Positions 16,015-29,113 of a DNA stretch of 64,000 bases are shown here, in pieces. The DNA lies in the NCBI RefSeq assembly GCF_009914755.1, contig NC_060935.1; one strand, given 5' to 3'. Position 1 is the first letter of the stretch; each line of letters begins with the position of its first letter. The notes beneath the pieces were generated by a model. It saw only the letters and a program-made list of their open reading frames with translations. It ran no database searches and had not been told where the DNA came from. The position numbers and the translations under genes are program-made. Source of the DNA: the human T2T-CHM13v2.0 reference genome, Homo sapiens.

Positions 16015-16560
16015 TCATTTCAGCAAATGTGTACTAAGACCCTGTCCTGGCACACTGGGAGGTGCTATAGCTATATCTGTAAATGAAGCCAACCCATCCC
16101 TGCCCTCCAGAGCACACAGCCCAGGGAAGAAGTCACAAACAAGGCAGTGTCTCATCAGTGTACACATGTTCTGAGGGGGAAAGTACAGGGGCCACGGGTC
16201 CCAGGGCACAGGGATTTCATCTTGACTAGGGAATCAGGGAAGACTACCTGGAGGAAGTAATGATGTCTGTGATGGGACCTGCAGGATGAATATAAGTTAG
16301 CTGAGTAAACAGAGAGGGATGACTATCCCCAGGCCAAGGGGAGGAGCTTGGGAGGGTTTGGAGGACAGGAGGTGAGCAAGAGGAAGGAGCGTTAGAGGAA
16401 CTGAAAGGGCTTCAGAGTTGCAAGGAAGCTGATGGCAAGGGGAGCTACTGGACACAGACCTCGTCCTGGGTATGGTGCTGGGGGTGCTGGATGCTGGACC
16501 ATGGAGCAGACACTGCTGTTCCCAGGTTTACAGGGGAAGCAAGTGAGGATTAAGGTAACA
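16015..16560 (-). mobile_element. L2 fragment
   Basis: catttcagcaaatgtgtactaag...ggaatcagggaagactacctggaggaagt pattern. Confidence 0.65.
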
Positions 16561-19500
16561 TGGAGCCAGGATTCCAATGCCTCAAGCTGTGGATACTTTA
16601 TCAGCTGCCCCACATGCTCTACCGCCACCCCCACCCCCACTGACCGCTGCTAACTTTGAGGAGGTGACTTTATTAGGGGACAGCCCAGGAGGTGTTCCTT
16701 AGCCCAAGAGGGATCCTAAGCCAGACATTTCACCCCATGTCTCTGGATACTAAGAAGCTAAAATGGTCACAGCAGTGCCCATCCTGACTGAGGACACTGC
16801 TTTCCAGATAAAGAGAGGTCTCTCAGGGCCTCCGTCTACCCCTTAGTAAAAGGTTTATTTTGCCTGTGGGAGGGGAGCATTGAGATCGCTGGCTGAAGTA
16901 AAAACTAAGGAGTTGGGTTGGGGGTGATAAACCCCTTTACCTATGGGAGGGCTTTGCCGTGGCTCACTTGGGCCGGAGGATAGGTAGGCGTGGTCGTAGG
17001 CAGCGGAGGGTAGTGGGGGCCACCCATCCCTTCAGAAGCCACCACTCACGCTGGATTACTGACCAGGGTTTTGGCGCGTAACTCATTCCATCCTCCAAGG
17101 TACTGTTGTGCTTTCAGTCTCCAGGTCACCCGCAGGGTAGGTGACCAGAGCCAGAGAAGCGGTTTATTCCCGGGGCTCCGCACTGCACCCACGCGCCCGC
17201 GCCTGTGTTTGACTGCACGAGGATTCTCCGGAGGTGTCCCTTCCTGCCAGCCAGGCCTCACCCCTGGGTATGCATAGGTCAGAGGCCCACGATGAGAGTG
17301 AGAGAGAACGTGCCGCTCTCTCCAAAGCAGCCACTTTTCTGCAACAGTGGGAGTTGCTGAGGGAGGAGGAAGAGGATAGTGAAACTTTTTTTTAAAAGGC
17401 CGACTCCTCAGAGGCTGGCCTTTGCCCCATCTTTCAAGTCCCCGAAGTCTCCAGGCTGTTTCCCTGATGTTTGCAGGGCCCTCCCGAGCACACACTCAGC
17501 AGCACGCTCGACTTCTCCCACACAAAGGCCCTGGCCTCCCACAGGCCTCCCTCCATTGTGTCTGCCTGGGGGAGGGCCCTTCTCCTTCAGGATACTGTAG
17601 CTTCTCTGCGTGACAAGCCAGCATTCACGGCTTTCAGGTGCCAGCCTGGAGAGGGACACCCACCACGGGCTTGGTGTGCTGGGGTCACAATGGCCTTATT
17701 ATGGCGGTCGCTCCGGTGGGGCCTGGCCAGGGAGCCTGGGAGATCAAAAGCCTGGGAACCAAGTCCCCAACAAAGGACCCGAGGACGGCCTTATCCAGGC
17801 TTTGCATCTCTCTGGGGGTTTGAAAGGAGCTGCTCTTGCTGGCTCCGGTGCAGGGGATGAATGCCAGTGAATGCCAGTGTTCAGCAGGGCTCCTGGTGAG
17901 TGAGGAGGGAATAAAGCCTCCCCTTGGCCTCACCCCGTGTGAAAGGGAAGAGGAGGAGGCAGAGGTGGCCTGGAGATGCCAGCTGAAATGGCAGGACCCG
18001 GCCCTCTTCCCGCTAAAAGGGCACCACTGCAAGGGAAGGGCTGGTTTGGAGCCCCAGGGGGTACCCACAGGGTAATCAGTCCCTTAGTGGGAGATTCCCT
18101 TCCCTGGGTGACAGGGCCCTGCCTTCCCGGGAGCAGAGAAGAAAAAGATTGGGGAGGAGAACAAGAAGCAAGAGTGTCGGTCGCTGTCTGCCAGCCCCGG
18201 GCCTGGCGTTCAGTTTTAAGGCCTCCCAAGGGGCCCAGCAGGCCTGACCTCCCAGTGGGGACACAGCTGACGCACTTGTCTGAGGCTTGGCTCTGGAGTC
18301 TGGCGGGAACTTAGCAAGGAAACGCTGTCTGCCCGGGGGACTCAACACAGCCTTGCGGTCCCTGTGGTCCTGGCTCTGCCCACACCCAATCTTGGGAATG
18401 AAAACATTCCACCCAGAAAGTAGAAGGAAGAGCTGTAGCCTCTCCTGTGAGTCATCAGCAGGGGGAGAGAGGCTGAGGCAGCTGTGGAGAGAGCAGGGCC
18501 TTGGAAACCACGAGAGCTGGGGCTCAGCTGTGTGGCCTGGAGCAACTTCTGAGCCACAGAGGGCTGAGCACAGAGGCCCTGTCCTTCCATTCAGGATCAG
18601 CAGGAGGAAGAAGCTGCCCTGTCTCAGGGAAGGGCCAGGTAGAGCTGCCTGCTATGTTATGGACGCCCAGCTAAAGGTGGCCTGGCGTCCGTGGAATCAC
18701 TCCCCGGGGAGGTTGTGTGTACCTCCCCAATCCCTCCCCTGGATCCCAAACCACATCCTTGGCCTTGCCTTGCTGTATTGCCATGTCCTATTTCTCAGCC
18801 TCTCCCTTACACTGAGCTTGCTCGTTGAGAGCAGGGATTTTGTATCCCAGGACCTGGCACAGACCTCTCCTGTGAGTGAGTGGTTCAGTCTGTAAGTCAA
18901 GCCTAGAGAAGCACAGCCCATCTGAAATAGGCTTTGTGACTTCTCTTCCTTCTCCTCTGAATTTCCAGGGTGCTGTCGTCTCTATCTCTGACCTGACATT
19001 TGCCACACTGACCTGTTCTAACAGTTATTTGTGTATGTGGGTCACAAGCTGGGCCTGTGCTGTCAGCTCTGGGTTTGAGTCCTGGTTTCATCACTAACTA
19101 TGACTGTTGTTATTCCACATCTCAACTTCAGGTTCTTCTGCGAAGTGGTTAGAAGCCATCAGTGGAGCACCTCCTTTTTGGTACAGTACCTAGCATATCA
19201 TGGATGCTTAGTAAATAGTTCCTCCTAAGAACTCGTGCCCCTGACATGTGAACATACATGCATGGAGGTACACAAGTGTGCTGGGCTCAAGCCCCTGTTG
19301 GGGGCCCCACATCAGATTTATGTTTCTTTTCTTCTCTGCAGCTAGTGCAGCATTTTGCATGTACAGGTAGTAGTGTTTGTTGAAGGTGGGGACAGGTGGT
19401 GTTGTGGTCTCCTCCTCCAGGGCAGCCCCCCTCTGGCTCCAGCTCTTGGCCTGTGAGCAGCCAGAGTGGCTTCTCTTGTCCATTTGCTGCCTGGGCCCTC

Positions 19501-19773
19501 CAAGGATCACTGGAGACACCTTTCCCTGGCTCATCCCAGTGGGCTGGGACCTGCGGAAATCATCTGACGAATTCTCATTTCCTACAAAGATGCTGCATGT
19601 GTCTGCCAAGCAAGTTGATTTCCTGTTCTCTCGATTTACCCTCTGTCTTCTCTGGTCCCAGCCTTTCTTCCAAGTTTCAGCCATGTTATAAAATCTAACA
19701 TTAATACTGTATCTTTCCAGATACCCCTTCCCCAAAGAGAGGAGTCTCCCATACTCTTATAAAACATTATCGA

Positions 19774-20315
<542 letters not shown>

Positions 20316-23300
20316 CTATCAGCAGTGAGAGAGAAATGAATTGTTCTCAAGGGCATTTTTTTTAAGGACAGTTTTTCAATGGGATCCTTGCTGCTCTGAA
20401 CTCTTCTGGTGCTTCTGTTTTATAGTTATTGATTTTGGAGATCATAAAAGTAATACAGGTATTATAAGAATGTGGGAACATTATAGAAATGTGTAACTTG
20501 GAGAGTACGAGCATCCATGCTTCAGAAAGAACCGCTGCCAATGCCTGGTGTATTCTTGGTTGCTCCTTGGCGTTTTGTCTCTTATCTCCAAAGAGGGGCG
20601 CCAGTGTCAGCTTCTTGTCTAGCATCTGCTGGGGGGCAGTGTTTGCTATTACTTGACTTCAGTGGGTGGGCTGCTTCAAGGAACATATCTTCTGAGGGCA
20701 GCAGCAGTCACCTGAGACGCAGCAGCGTGTAGTGGGGAAAGTCTGGGCACTGCCATCTAGAACCCAAGAGAAACGGGGCTGAGCCTCAGTCTTCCTCATC
20801 TGTGCAGTGGGCATACTAAGAACAACTCTGTTTTGGAGGGAGATTGGGACTAAACAGCGAGATCATGGGTGGGAACACACTCTACACTCTAAATTCTATG
20901 TAATATCCTTTGATTTTGAAAAATTGTTATTGTCACCACCAAATAGGCCCCTTGGGCTTCTGAGCCAGTAGACTCAAGATTTAGTCCAAAGGTTTAGAAT
21001 TTCATTCTCTTCATTATTTATACACACACACAACAGTCCGATGACGGGAGCTGCTGTGAGCTTTGCAGATGGATGTAGGCAGGTCTTGCTGTGATCTCCT
21101 TCCAGGAGCATTGGCTCTAGAAGTGGCTGACACACGTGTCTAGGGCCCTCCAGATCCACTGGAAGAGCAGAGAGTAAACTAAAGCAGCATGAGCCACGTG
21201 TCCCCATGGGCCAGTCTGTGAACAGCATGGTTTGCTTTCCTCTTGGAAAGTGGGGTGTTCCCCCTCCTGTCCAAGTGTGGTGGAAATACTGATACCATTG
21301 GGCCCCACTCCCTTTCTCCCCACAGCATTGTCCTGCCTGGCTGGCAGAGGGAACACCTTTCTCTTGGGTCTTCAGGGTGTCAGAGATATGGGCACTGTGG
21401 AAGGCAGAGACAGGTGAAATGGTGTATGTGACTGGGAAGCTGGGAAGAGGTGTGCTCTGGCAGAAAAGGAGGCTGAAAAGAAGAGGAGGCCCAGAACAGA
21501 ATCCACCCATCCCCCAGCCCTTTGAAGCTGTGTTTCTCCCATGGCCGTGCCTTCAAATTTACTCTCTCCCAGGCCAGACCGGTTGCAGTGGCTGGACCAT
21601 CCCACGCCTCTGCCTCTCTCAGGTCCAGAGCCGCTCAGCTCGTGACATGATACCAGGCCTAGGTGGCAGAGGAGGCAGCACTGCCTCAAGAGGAGCATGA
21701 GTTGGGGGACTTCTCTGGGACCAAGGGACCCAGCCTTGTCATGGTGCTTACTCTATTCCAAACTCTGTGCATGTTTCTGCCCTAGCGCAGCCCATGTGAA
21801 GGTGGGAGAGCAGAGGCCCTGGGAGCTGGGGTGCTGCTGTCAGATTTGCTTCCTCTCTTGGGACTCTACTCCCGAGGCTTCAGCTATCTGAGTTTTTTGG
21901 TTCTTCTCCTGCCTCTCTGACCCACCCTAGGGTTTCCTTCCTTCTGGAAAGGCAATGGGGCTTACCCGGTTTTTGGAGGCTGCCATCTGTGCTCCAGTCC
22001 CAGCTTTGCCTCTTCTTTGCAATGTTGAACAAGTTATTTAACCTCTCTGTGCTTTAGTTTCCCCATCTGTAAGGTGGCAGTGGTGATAGCAGTACCCAGC
22101 TCATTGGGTTGAGAGGATTTAATTATTCACAGATACAAGATGCTCAGATCAGCACCGAACATTCTTAAGTGCTATCCTGTGTGTTAGCTGTTAATACTTT
22201 AGCCCCTCTGAAAGTGGTGCTGTTAGCCCCTCTCATTTTATCCACCCAGCACAGGTGTACACACGGGAATAATGTAGTCCTTTACCCCATCTTCATTTTC
22301 AGAGAGGTCACATTTACTCGGAGGGCCCCAGCCATTACTAAGTTCCAGAGGACTTTGATTTTTCATATCCTAAAATGTTTTCTTCTTGTCGTAAAATGCC
22401 CACATAGGGAATGAAAATTTTAAAGACGTATCAATAAAAAGATAATGAAATTTTAAAAATCACCGGGTAATACCTTTGCCCAGAGATGATAACTAGATAT
22501 TTTGATGTAGCATTTCCCAGTTTTTATACACAGGTGTGGTGGGTGAGTACAACACCCAGTATAACCCCAGTTTTGCTTAAAAAGGGACAAAATGCATATA
22601 ATACTGTTGTTTATATTCTGCTTTTGTCACCAAATATTATCAACATTTCTCACTGTCCTTAAATATTATTTGAAAATGACCAAATTTCTGTCTTTAGATA
22701 GAAACTTCTTTTCCCAGCTCAAAACTGCATGTCTGTCAGCCGGTGGAGGTTGCCCCTTCAGCATCTCAGACGCGATGTGGCCAGGACCCGGCGCTGGGTC
22801 TCACAAGCTGCCTCCTCTGCATCCTCCCCATCCTTCGCCCCTCCCCCAAGTCTGCCGTTCCTTTGTTCTGTCCCACAGCTCCTCCTCCCTGCCCCGCTCC
22901 CATGATCTCTTAGTTGTGGGGTTCTGTAGTATCTCTGTAGTATCTCTGTGGTGTCTCTAGCGGTCATCCTCACCTTACTGTCATCACCACAACTCCACTT
23001 CCTTTCCTGATCACCTCTCACTTTGACACTGATGTTAGCATTACCTTTTTTCACATGCGATCCCTATTTATTATGGAATATAATACCTGAGCCTTCTCCC
23101 TGGCTTTCCTCGCTGCTGGCCTCGCTGGCTCCAGCCCATTCTGCCACACTTCTGCCCAAGGAAGCTTCCTGAGCACAGTCCATCTTGCCCTATGACCTTC
23201 GATGTTAACTGCGTCCCCGCAGCTGTGCTGTGACCTGGTACCACAGGTGCTTCCATCTGCCTGCCGGGGCACCTCTCCTGGAGTCTGTTCCAGCCAGGCT

Positions 23301-23544
23301 GTGACCTGATGGTGCACCTGTCTCAGCAGCTTTCTCAGGCTGCTGCCATTGCTCAGAACTCTGTCACCCCTTTACCGCTTCTGGGAGTTCTGCCATCCTA
23401 AAGGTCCATCTCCAGTGTACATCCTCCAGGCAAGTTTCCTATCTCCAGATGGGCATGCTTTTTCTGGCCCTTGAAGCCCCTCCACTTGGCTCATCCTTCC
23501 CTTAAGGTATTTCACCTACCCTAGTTATCTGTGGGCCTTGGATG

Positions 23545-23773
23545 GGCAGCTAGAAGAGCAAGGGTCTGGAGAGAGACAGACCTTGTTTGAGTCCCAGCTT
23601 AAACTACCTTCTATCTATATGACCTTGGGTAAGCTATTCCCTCTCTGAGACTCAGTTTTCTCATCTGGAAAGTGGAAACTGATACAATACCATGACTTAG
23701 GTTCAGTTTTGGGGGGGATTCAAAAGATAAAATGTCTAGGTTTAGCACAGTTTTTGGAACATGATGAGAATTC
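23545..23773 (+). mobile_element. MIR
   Basis: tgaccttgggtaag...ctcagttttctcatctggaaagtgg core. Confidence 0.7.
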
Positions 23774-23788
23774 AAAAGCAGCAGTTTA

Positions 23789-24093
<305 letters not shown>

Positions 24094-24788
24094 TTATAAT
24101 TAGTATCCAGCCTTCCTGTGTCTGCCTCCTTGGGGTGATCCATGGAACCTAGCCTGTTCTTTGATGATGCTAAAGGCTGTTTGAGTCCAGGAGAATTGAC
24201 TTGAACAGAACATAGGTCTGAGACCATTCACCTGGCAGGAGATGAGGGCCATTGATAGTCGTGGTTCTGTATGATTTGCAAGATAGTCCTGCTACCTTGG
24301 GTTTGACAACTGAGGTAACTCCCCAGTTATCTCTTCCTCTGGATTTCAGCTTAGGAAGACTCTTTTATATCACCTGTTGGCATGGGAGAGGCCACTCCTG
24401 CAGGAAGCCAGGGTGCTTCTTTTGGAATGCCCAGGTCCTCAGAGGACATTGATTGAAAGGGAATTTTAGGGCAAACCCAATGAAGCTCAGGCAGCAGCTG
24501 AAAAACACACCAGATTCCCTTGACCCTTATCTGTCAAGGAAAGTCTGTTGGTGACCACCTAATATGTGGGGTAGGGTTGGTTACAGGCAGGATCTGGCAT
24601 AAACAGGTAAAGTTGCAAGAGAAACATTTAGGTATCACCAGATTCCTCCCTTGCATTGTGGCAGGGCTGCACCTAAGAGCTGCTCCTAAAGGTTGAGCAC
24701 CTTGTTCTTTTCCCCCAGTTGGATTAGGAGCTTTTAAGCACCAATACCCCCTCCCCAATAACAGTCTTTGCTGATTTTTCTCTTGCAG

Positions 24789-25183
24789 CCAGGCGGCACT
24801 CCAGGGTCCGGCCCAAGGTGACTGTCCTGAACTATGCCTCCCCGATAACCGCAGTCAGCCGGCCACTGAATGAGATGGTCTTGACCCCACTGACAGAGCA
24901 GGAGGGGGAAGCCTACCTGGAGAAGTGTGGCAGCGTGCGGCGGCACACGGTGGCCAATGCCCACTCGGACATCCAGCTGCTGGCCATGGCCACCATGATG
25001 CACTCGGGCCTGGGGGAGGAGGCCAGCAGTGAGAACAAGTGCCTGCTCCTGCCACCCAGCTTCCCCCCGCCCCACCGGCAGTGCTCCAGTGAGCCCAACA
25101 TCACCGACAACCCTGACGGACTGGAGGAGGGGGCCAGGGGCAGCCAGGAGGGCTCGGAGCTGAACTGTGCTTCCCTCAGCTGA
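24789..25183 (+). CDS. PRR5L: PRR5L terminal coding exon (ARRHSRVRPKVTVLNY...ELNCASLS*)
   Basis: tttttctcttgcAG acceptor; the phase-1 join G|CC gives Ala. ORF 24818..25183; TGA at 25181-25183. Confidence 0.95.
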
Positions 25184-27655
25184 GTCGCCACCCCTGGGCC
25201 TTTCCATCTCCTGTTTTGCAACCAGGATGAGGACCCCTCCATCTCCGTGGATTACTGAGGGGGGCTCTTGCTTTATGCGATGCTGCCTTATTTCCTTTAG
25301 GGTACTGTCCTGGTCAAAATGACCTAAGGGGAAACCGTTGTTGTAAACCTCTTTATTTTGGTGACTGTGACCACTTCTTTGTAGCCACCAATTGTAGTGA
25401 CCAGTTGCCTAATGGTCACTTTCTGACTCCAGCCTTGCCAGCCTGACTCAGATCCTCATCTCTGGGCCTTTCTCCCTCCGATGTTGGACTGCCTGATGCT
25501 CCCAATGACATATCCAATGCTCCTGGCATTTCTGGAGCAGGAGGTTGTCAGGACAACACATATAACCACCAAGGATGTGTTGGCCTTTGGAGTTCCCCTT
25601 TAGGTTCCTAGTGATGTGGAGGTTTATGGGTGAAAAATTAGTGGAGAGGGAACTCCTCTCCCCCATTTTGTGTAGAGTGAAAATAGCCTGAAGCCCCTAC
25701 TCAGCAGGGCTCTGGGAATGTGCCTTCCTTATTTTAGTTTCAGAATTGCTGGGAAAGTTACCCCACTGGTGGGTGAGGATCTATCCTCAACCTACATCCA
25801 GATCCTATGTGCTGCTTGCACAGAGGCCTTTGGCTTTTGACCCAGGAGGGCCGCGAGGCTGGAGCTGCCCTGTCTTTCATTGAGCCTTAGCATTTCCCTC
25901 TCAGGCTTCCTCTCAAGCTCAAGGAACTCACCCCCAGATAAGAAGCTGGTGCCTCTTGTCTCTCTCATTTCAGAAACGGACTTTCTCATCATGCTTTCCT
26001 ATGGTGGGTATGAGGGGCCAGCTGATACCAACCAACTGGCCTGTATCTATCTATCTGGATTTGACTTGAATTTTTAAAATGTGTATCGTTTAAAAAAAAA
26101 AATGTTTGCAAATTTTGCACATAGGATCTTGCACTGTTCATTTTCAGTGGGGTGAGTCTTCACACTAAAAACACAAGCAGAGCTCCTGGGAAAAGAGACT
26201 GGAAGTGGTTCAGGATAAAGAGATCCATGGTGGGCAGGGCTCTTAGGTCACAGAGCTCTAGAAGCAGCTGGACTTGAACCCACAATGGCTTGTGTAAATT
26301 CGTAAATTTCATGGTTTCTAGGAAAAGCTGCATTGGGGTGGGGAGACCCAGTTTGCCTCATAGGCAGAGGATTCTCCAGGAAGCATGGAAAATGGAATGT
26401 TTCCATGCTTTACAGTGCTGGGAGAGAGGGGAGATGTGGGCAGGACCTTTTGGAAGGATGTTTATTCTCTGTGGTTAAAGAAATGCTGAGAATTTCTAGC
26501 ATGTGAAGCACTTGGGGGCAGCAGGCCTTGGCACGGTGCTGCATCCTTCTACTGCTCCCTCCAGGTCTGGGGGCTTTTATCCACCTTGAATCCCTATCCT
26601 CCTCTTTGTAGTTGTCGGTCTCACTGATAACAGCTCCAGAAAAAAAGACAAGGCTCCCCCTCTGACCCTTCCTGTTGGTATTTATGAAATCTCAAAGAGA
26701 TGAGCCACCTTGGCTTCCAATATGGCAAGAGGGTGCTGGGAGAAGGTGAAGATCAGTCTAAGCTGCCACGGTGATGAGACCTTCTCATTATTTAACTCTT
26801 GATGGCATTTCCCTTCTGAGTGAAGATTTGAAATATGATTGATTAGAATTGTGCTCTTGATGGCTGGGAATTTAGAAATTTTATTTTAAGAGTTATTTCA
26901 TTTTCATCCTAAGAGTGATGGGAGAGAAATGTCCAAAAGAGATCTGCTGATCTGCTGAGAATTTCAAACAAACAAAAAAATAATCTCTATGTATGTGTTG
27001 GATAAAGTCTACAGACTGACTAACATGCATTAGCAAATGGAGCATCAGTAGGTAGCAACATGATAATTTATGTAACTGATAGCTTCTGTCCTTATTAGTA
27101 CACTTAACATTTGAGACTAGTATTTATTGATCCAGGCAAAGTAATTAATTAATCATGCTTGGGCTTACTTTTTCAGTTTGTAAGGTTAAGCATATGTGCA
27201 TGCATGCGTGTGTATATAAATGCCTTTTCCATATCTTAAATGTCCCTGATGAGGAGAGCAGTCATCAATTAAATATATAAGCTCTTAAAATGAGAATGGA
27301 AGTGTCAGTATAGACCCAGTGTACTTAAGTGCTGATGACTGTTAGCCAGTTTACAACTTTTTACCATCGATGTACACATTTGATATTTGTGCAGTAAATA
27401 GACTGTACCTATAAAAAATTTTATTGATGTTTATGGTCATGTTAGCTATCAGAGAGCTATTGGAGTGAGAGCTGAGGTGTCCTTAACCACTTTTTCTCTC
27501 CTAGATTCATTTTCATTATTTATGCTAGGATTTTCTTATGGTTGACATTTGATGACAGGAAGCAATCATGACTCTTCAAGTGAGCTCACAGAAACCTTTC
27601 ATGTTGTCTGTTTCCAAAATGGATTCAATAAACAACATTTTGTCCATGTTACCCT
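25184..27655 (+). other. PRR5L: PRR5L 3' UTR (end approximate)
   Basis: Repeat-poor sequence after the stop, ending at an AATAAA with T-rich downstream sequence. Confidence 0.75.
27627..27632 (+). terminator. Probable PRR5L poly(A) signal AATAAA
   Basis: Canonical hexamer followed by ttttgt and a T tract near 27722. Confidence 0.7.
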
Positions 27656-28632
27656 ATTCTCATGCTGGGTGCCCCAGGGGTGTCTTGATCGAATTTGCAA
27701 GTATAGCAGTCAAATCAGATCTTTTTTTTTTTTTCCTCAAATTAGATCTTGATGCATCTTTCCCTCAAACTCCCTGCCCCAACTTCTGCCTCCTCTTTTC
27801 TTGTTGCCTCTACTCCACAGTCAGACAGCAGCCTTAGCTCAGCCAGTCTTCCCTGGGTTTTGTTTGCAATCCTGGACTGGATTGGCAACTCATTTCCTGG
27901 AGAAACATATTGTGGAGCTAGAAAATACTGAAAAAAGTCTGAGAAGCCAATACTTTTTCTAAAACCGGCTTGGCCTTTCTTCCCAGAGTATTTGACCTAG
28001 AGGGAACAGTTACCATATGTACTCATGGATGATCTCATATATTCCCCTCTGATTCTGTTTGGCAGAGGAAATTTATGTTTTACTCTGCATAAATACTTCT
28101 AGGAGGCTTATAGCAGCAACAGTCTGAGACCGCTAAAGACTTAATAAGAGCCTTTGAAGAGGTGTGACTGATTAGTCATCCTGTAGGGTGTAAAAGGAGA
28201 GTGTGTATGTTTTGGTTGAGCCTTTGCAGGTCATAACTATGGTAAATAACCACTGAGCATTCTGCCTCAACAGGTTTCATGTCATTAGTGTGCCCATGAC
28301 ATAGCAGTGCACCATCATATTCATTCATCCACCCATCTACCCATCAAACACTTGTGGAGTTTCCATTGTGTGTAGGCGCTTTTCTTCGTACTAGGGATAC
28401 AGTGATGGACAAATAACCAAGGTGCCTGCTCTCATGGAGCTTACACTATAGGGGGGAAGGCTGGAAATCAGGTCAACACAAGCATCACAACTACCAAACA
28501 ACACTGGATGAAATGGCAAAGTGCCAGTGACTGGAGAGTGAAGAAAGGATGACGGTGGGTAGAATGGCCAAAGGAGGTCTCTCTCCAAGTCAACTGACTC
28601 AAGAGCTGAGTGACAAGGAGCCAGCCTTACGA

Positions 28633-29113
28633 TCTGCTTTGTTTCCGATCACTGCCATAACTATCACAGACTTAGCAGCTCAAAACAACATATTTATTAT
28701 TACAGTTCGTTGGCTGGAAGTCTGACGGGTCTCACTGGGCTGAAATCAAGGTGGTGTCAAGGCTGCATTCCTTTCTGGAAGCTTTAAGGGATAATCTGTT
28801 TCCTTACCTCTGCCAGCTCTTAGAGGCTGCCCATATTCCTTGGCTTGTGGCTTTCTTCCTCCATCTTCAAAGCCAGCAGTGAATGGTGGGTTGAGTCCCT
28901 TTCACATGGCATCACTCCAAACTACATTCGGCCTCCCTAGGACCCTTGTTGATTACATTGAGCCCATCCAGATAATCCAGGATTATCTCCCAACTCAAGG
29001 TCTCTAATCACATCTGCAAAGTCCCTTTTGCCTTGTAGGATACATTGCAGGTACTGTGGATTAGGATGTGGACATCCTTGATGGGGGAGGGGGAGTCTTT
29101 ATTCTGCCCCACA
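28633..29113 (-). mobile_element. MLT1 (MLT1C/D-like) solo MaLR LTR
   Basis: ggtctcactgggctgaaatcaagg...tccatcttcaaagccagca...gattacattgagcccatccagataatccagg. Confidence 0.75.

Noticed and set aside
17046-19735. Cluster of 100-202 aa ORFs in the PRR5L intron
   Set aside because: Overlapping in many frames, mostly non-ATG starts, no recognisable domain; expected in GC-rich DNA.
20586-20642. Two CTCF-like GGGGCGCCA / GGGGGCAGTG words
   Set aside because: Mismatches at the central AG of the core; weaker than the reported sites.
22923-22958. 11-mer triple repeat tctgtagtatc, and a 10-mer duplication at 17858-17879
   Set aside because: Ordinary short slippage repeats far from splice sites.
24734-25242. 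Antisense ORFs of 157, 109 and 66 aa over the last PRR5L exon
   Set aside because: Shadow frames of GC-rich coding sequence with no independent gene signals.
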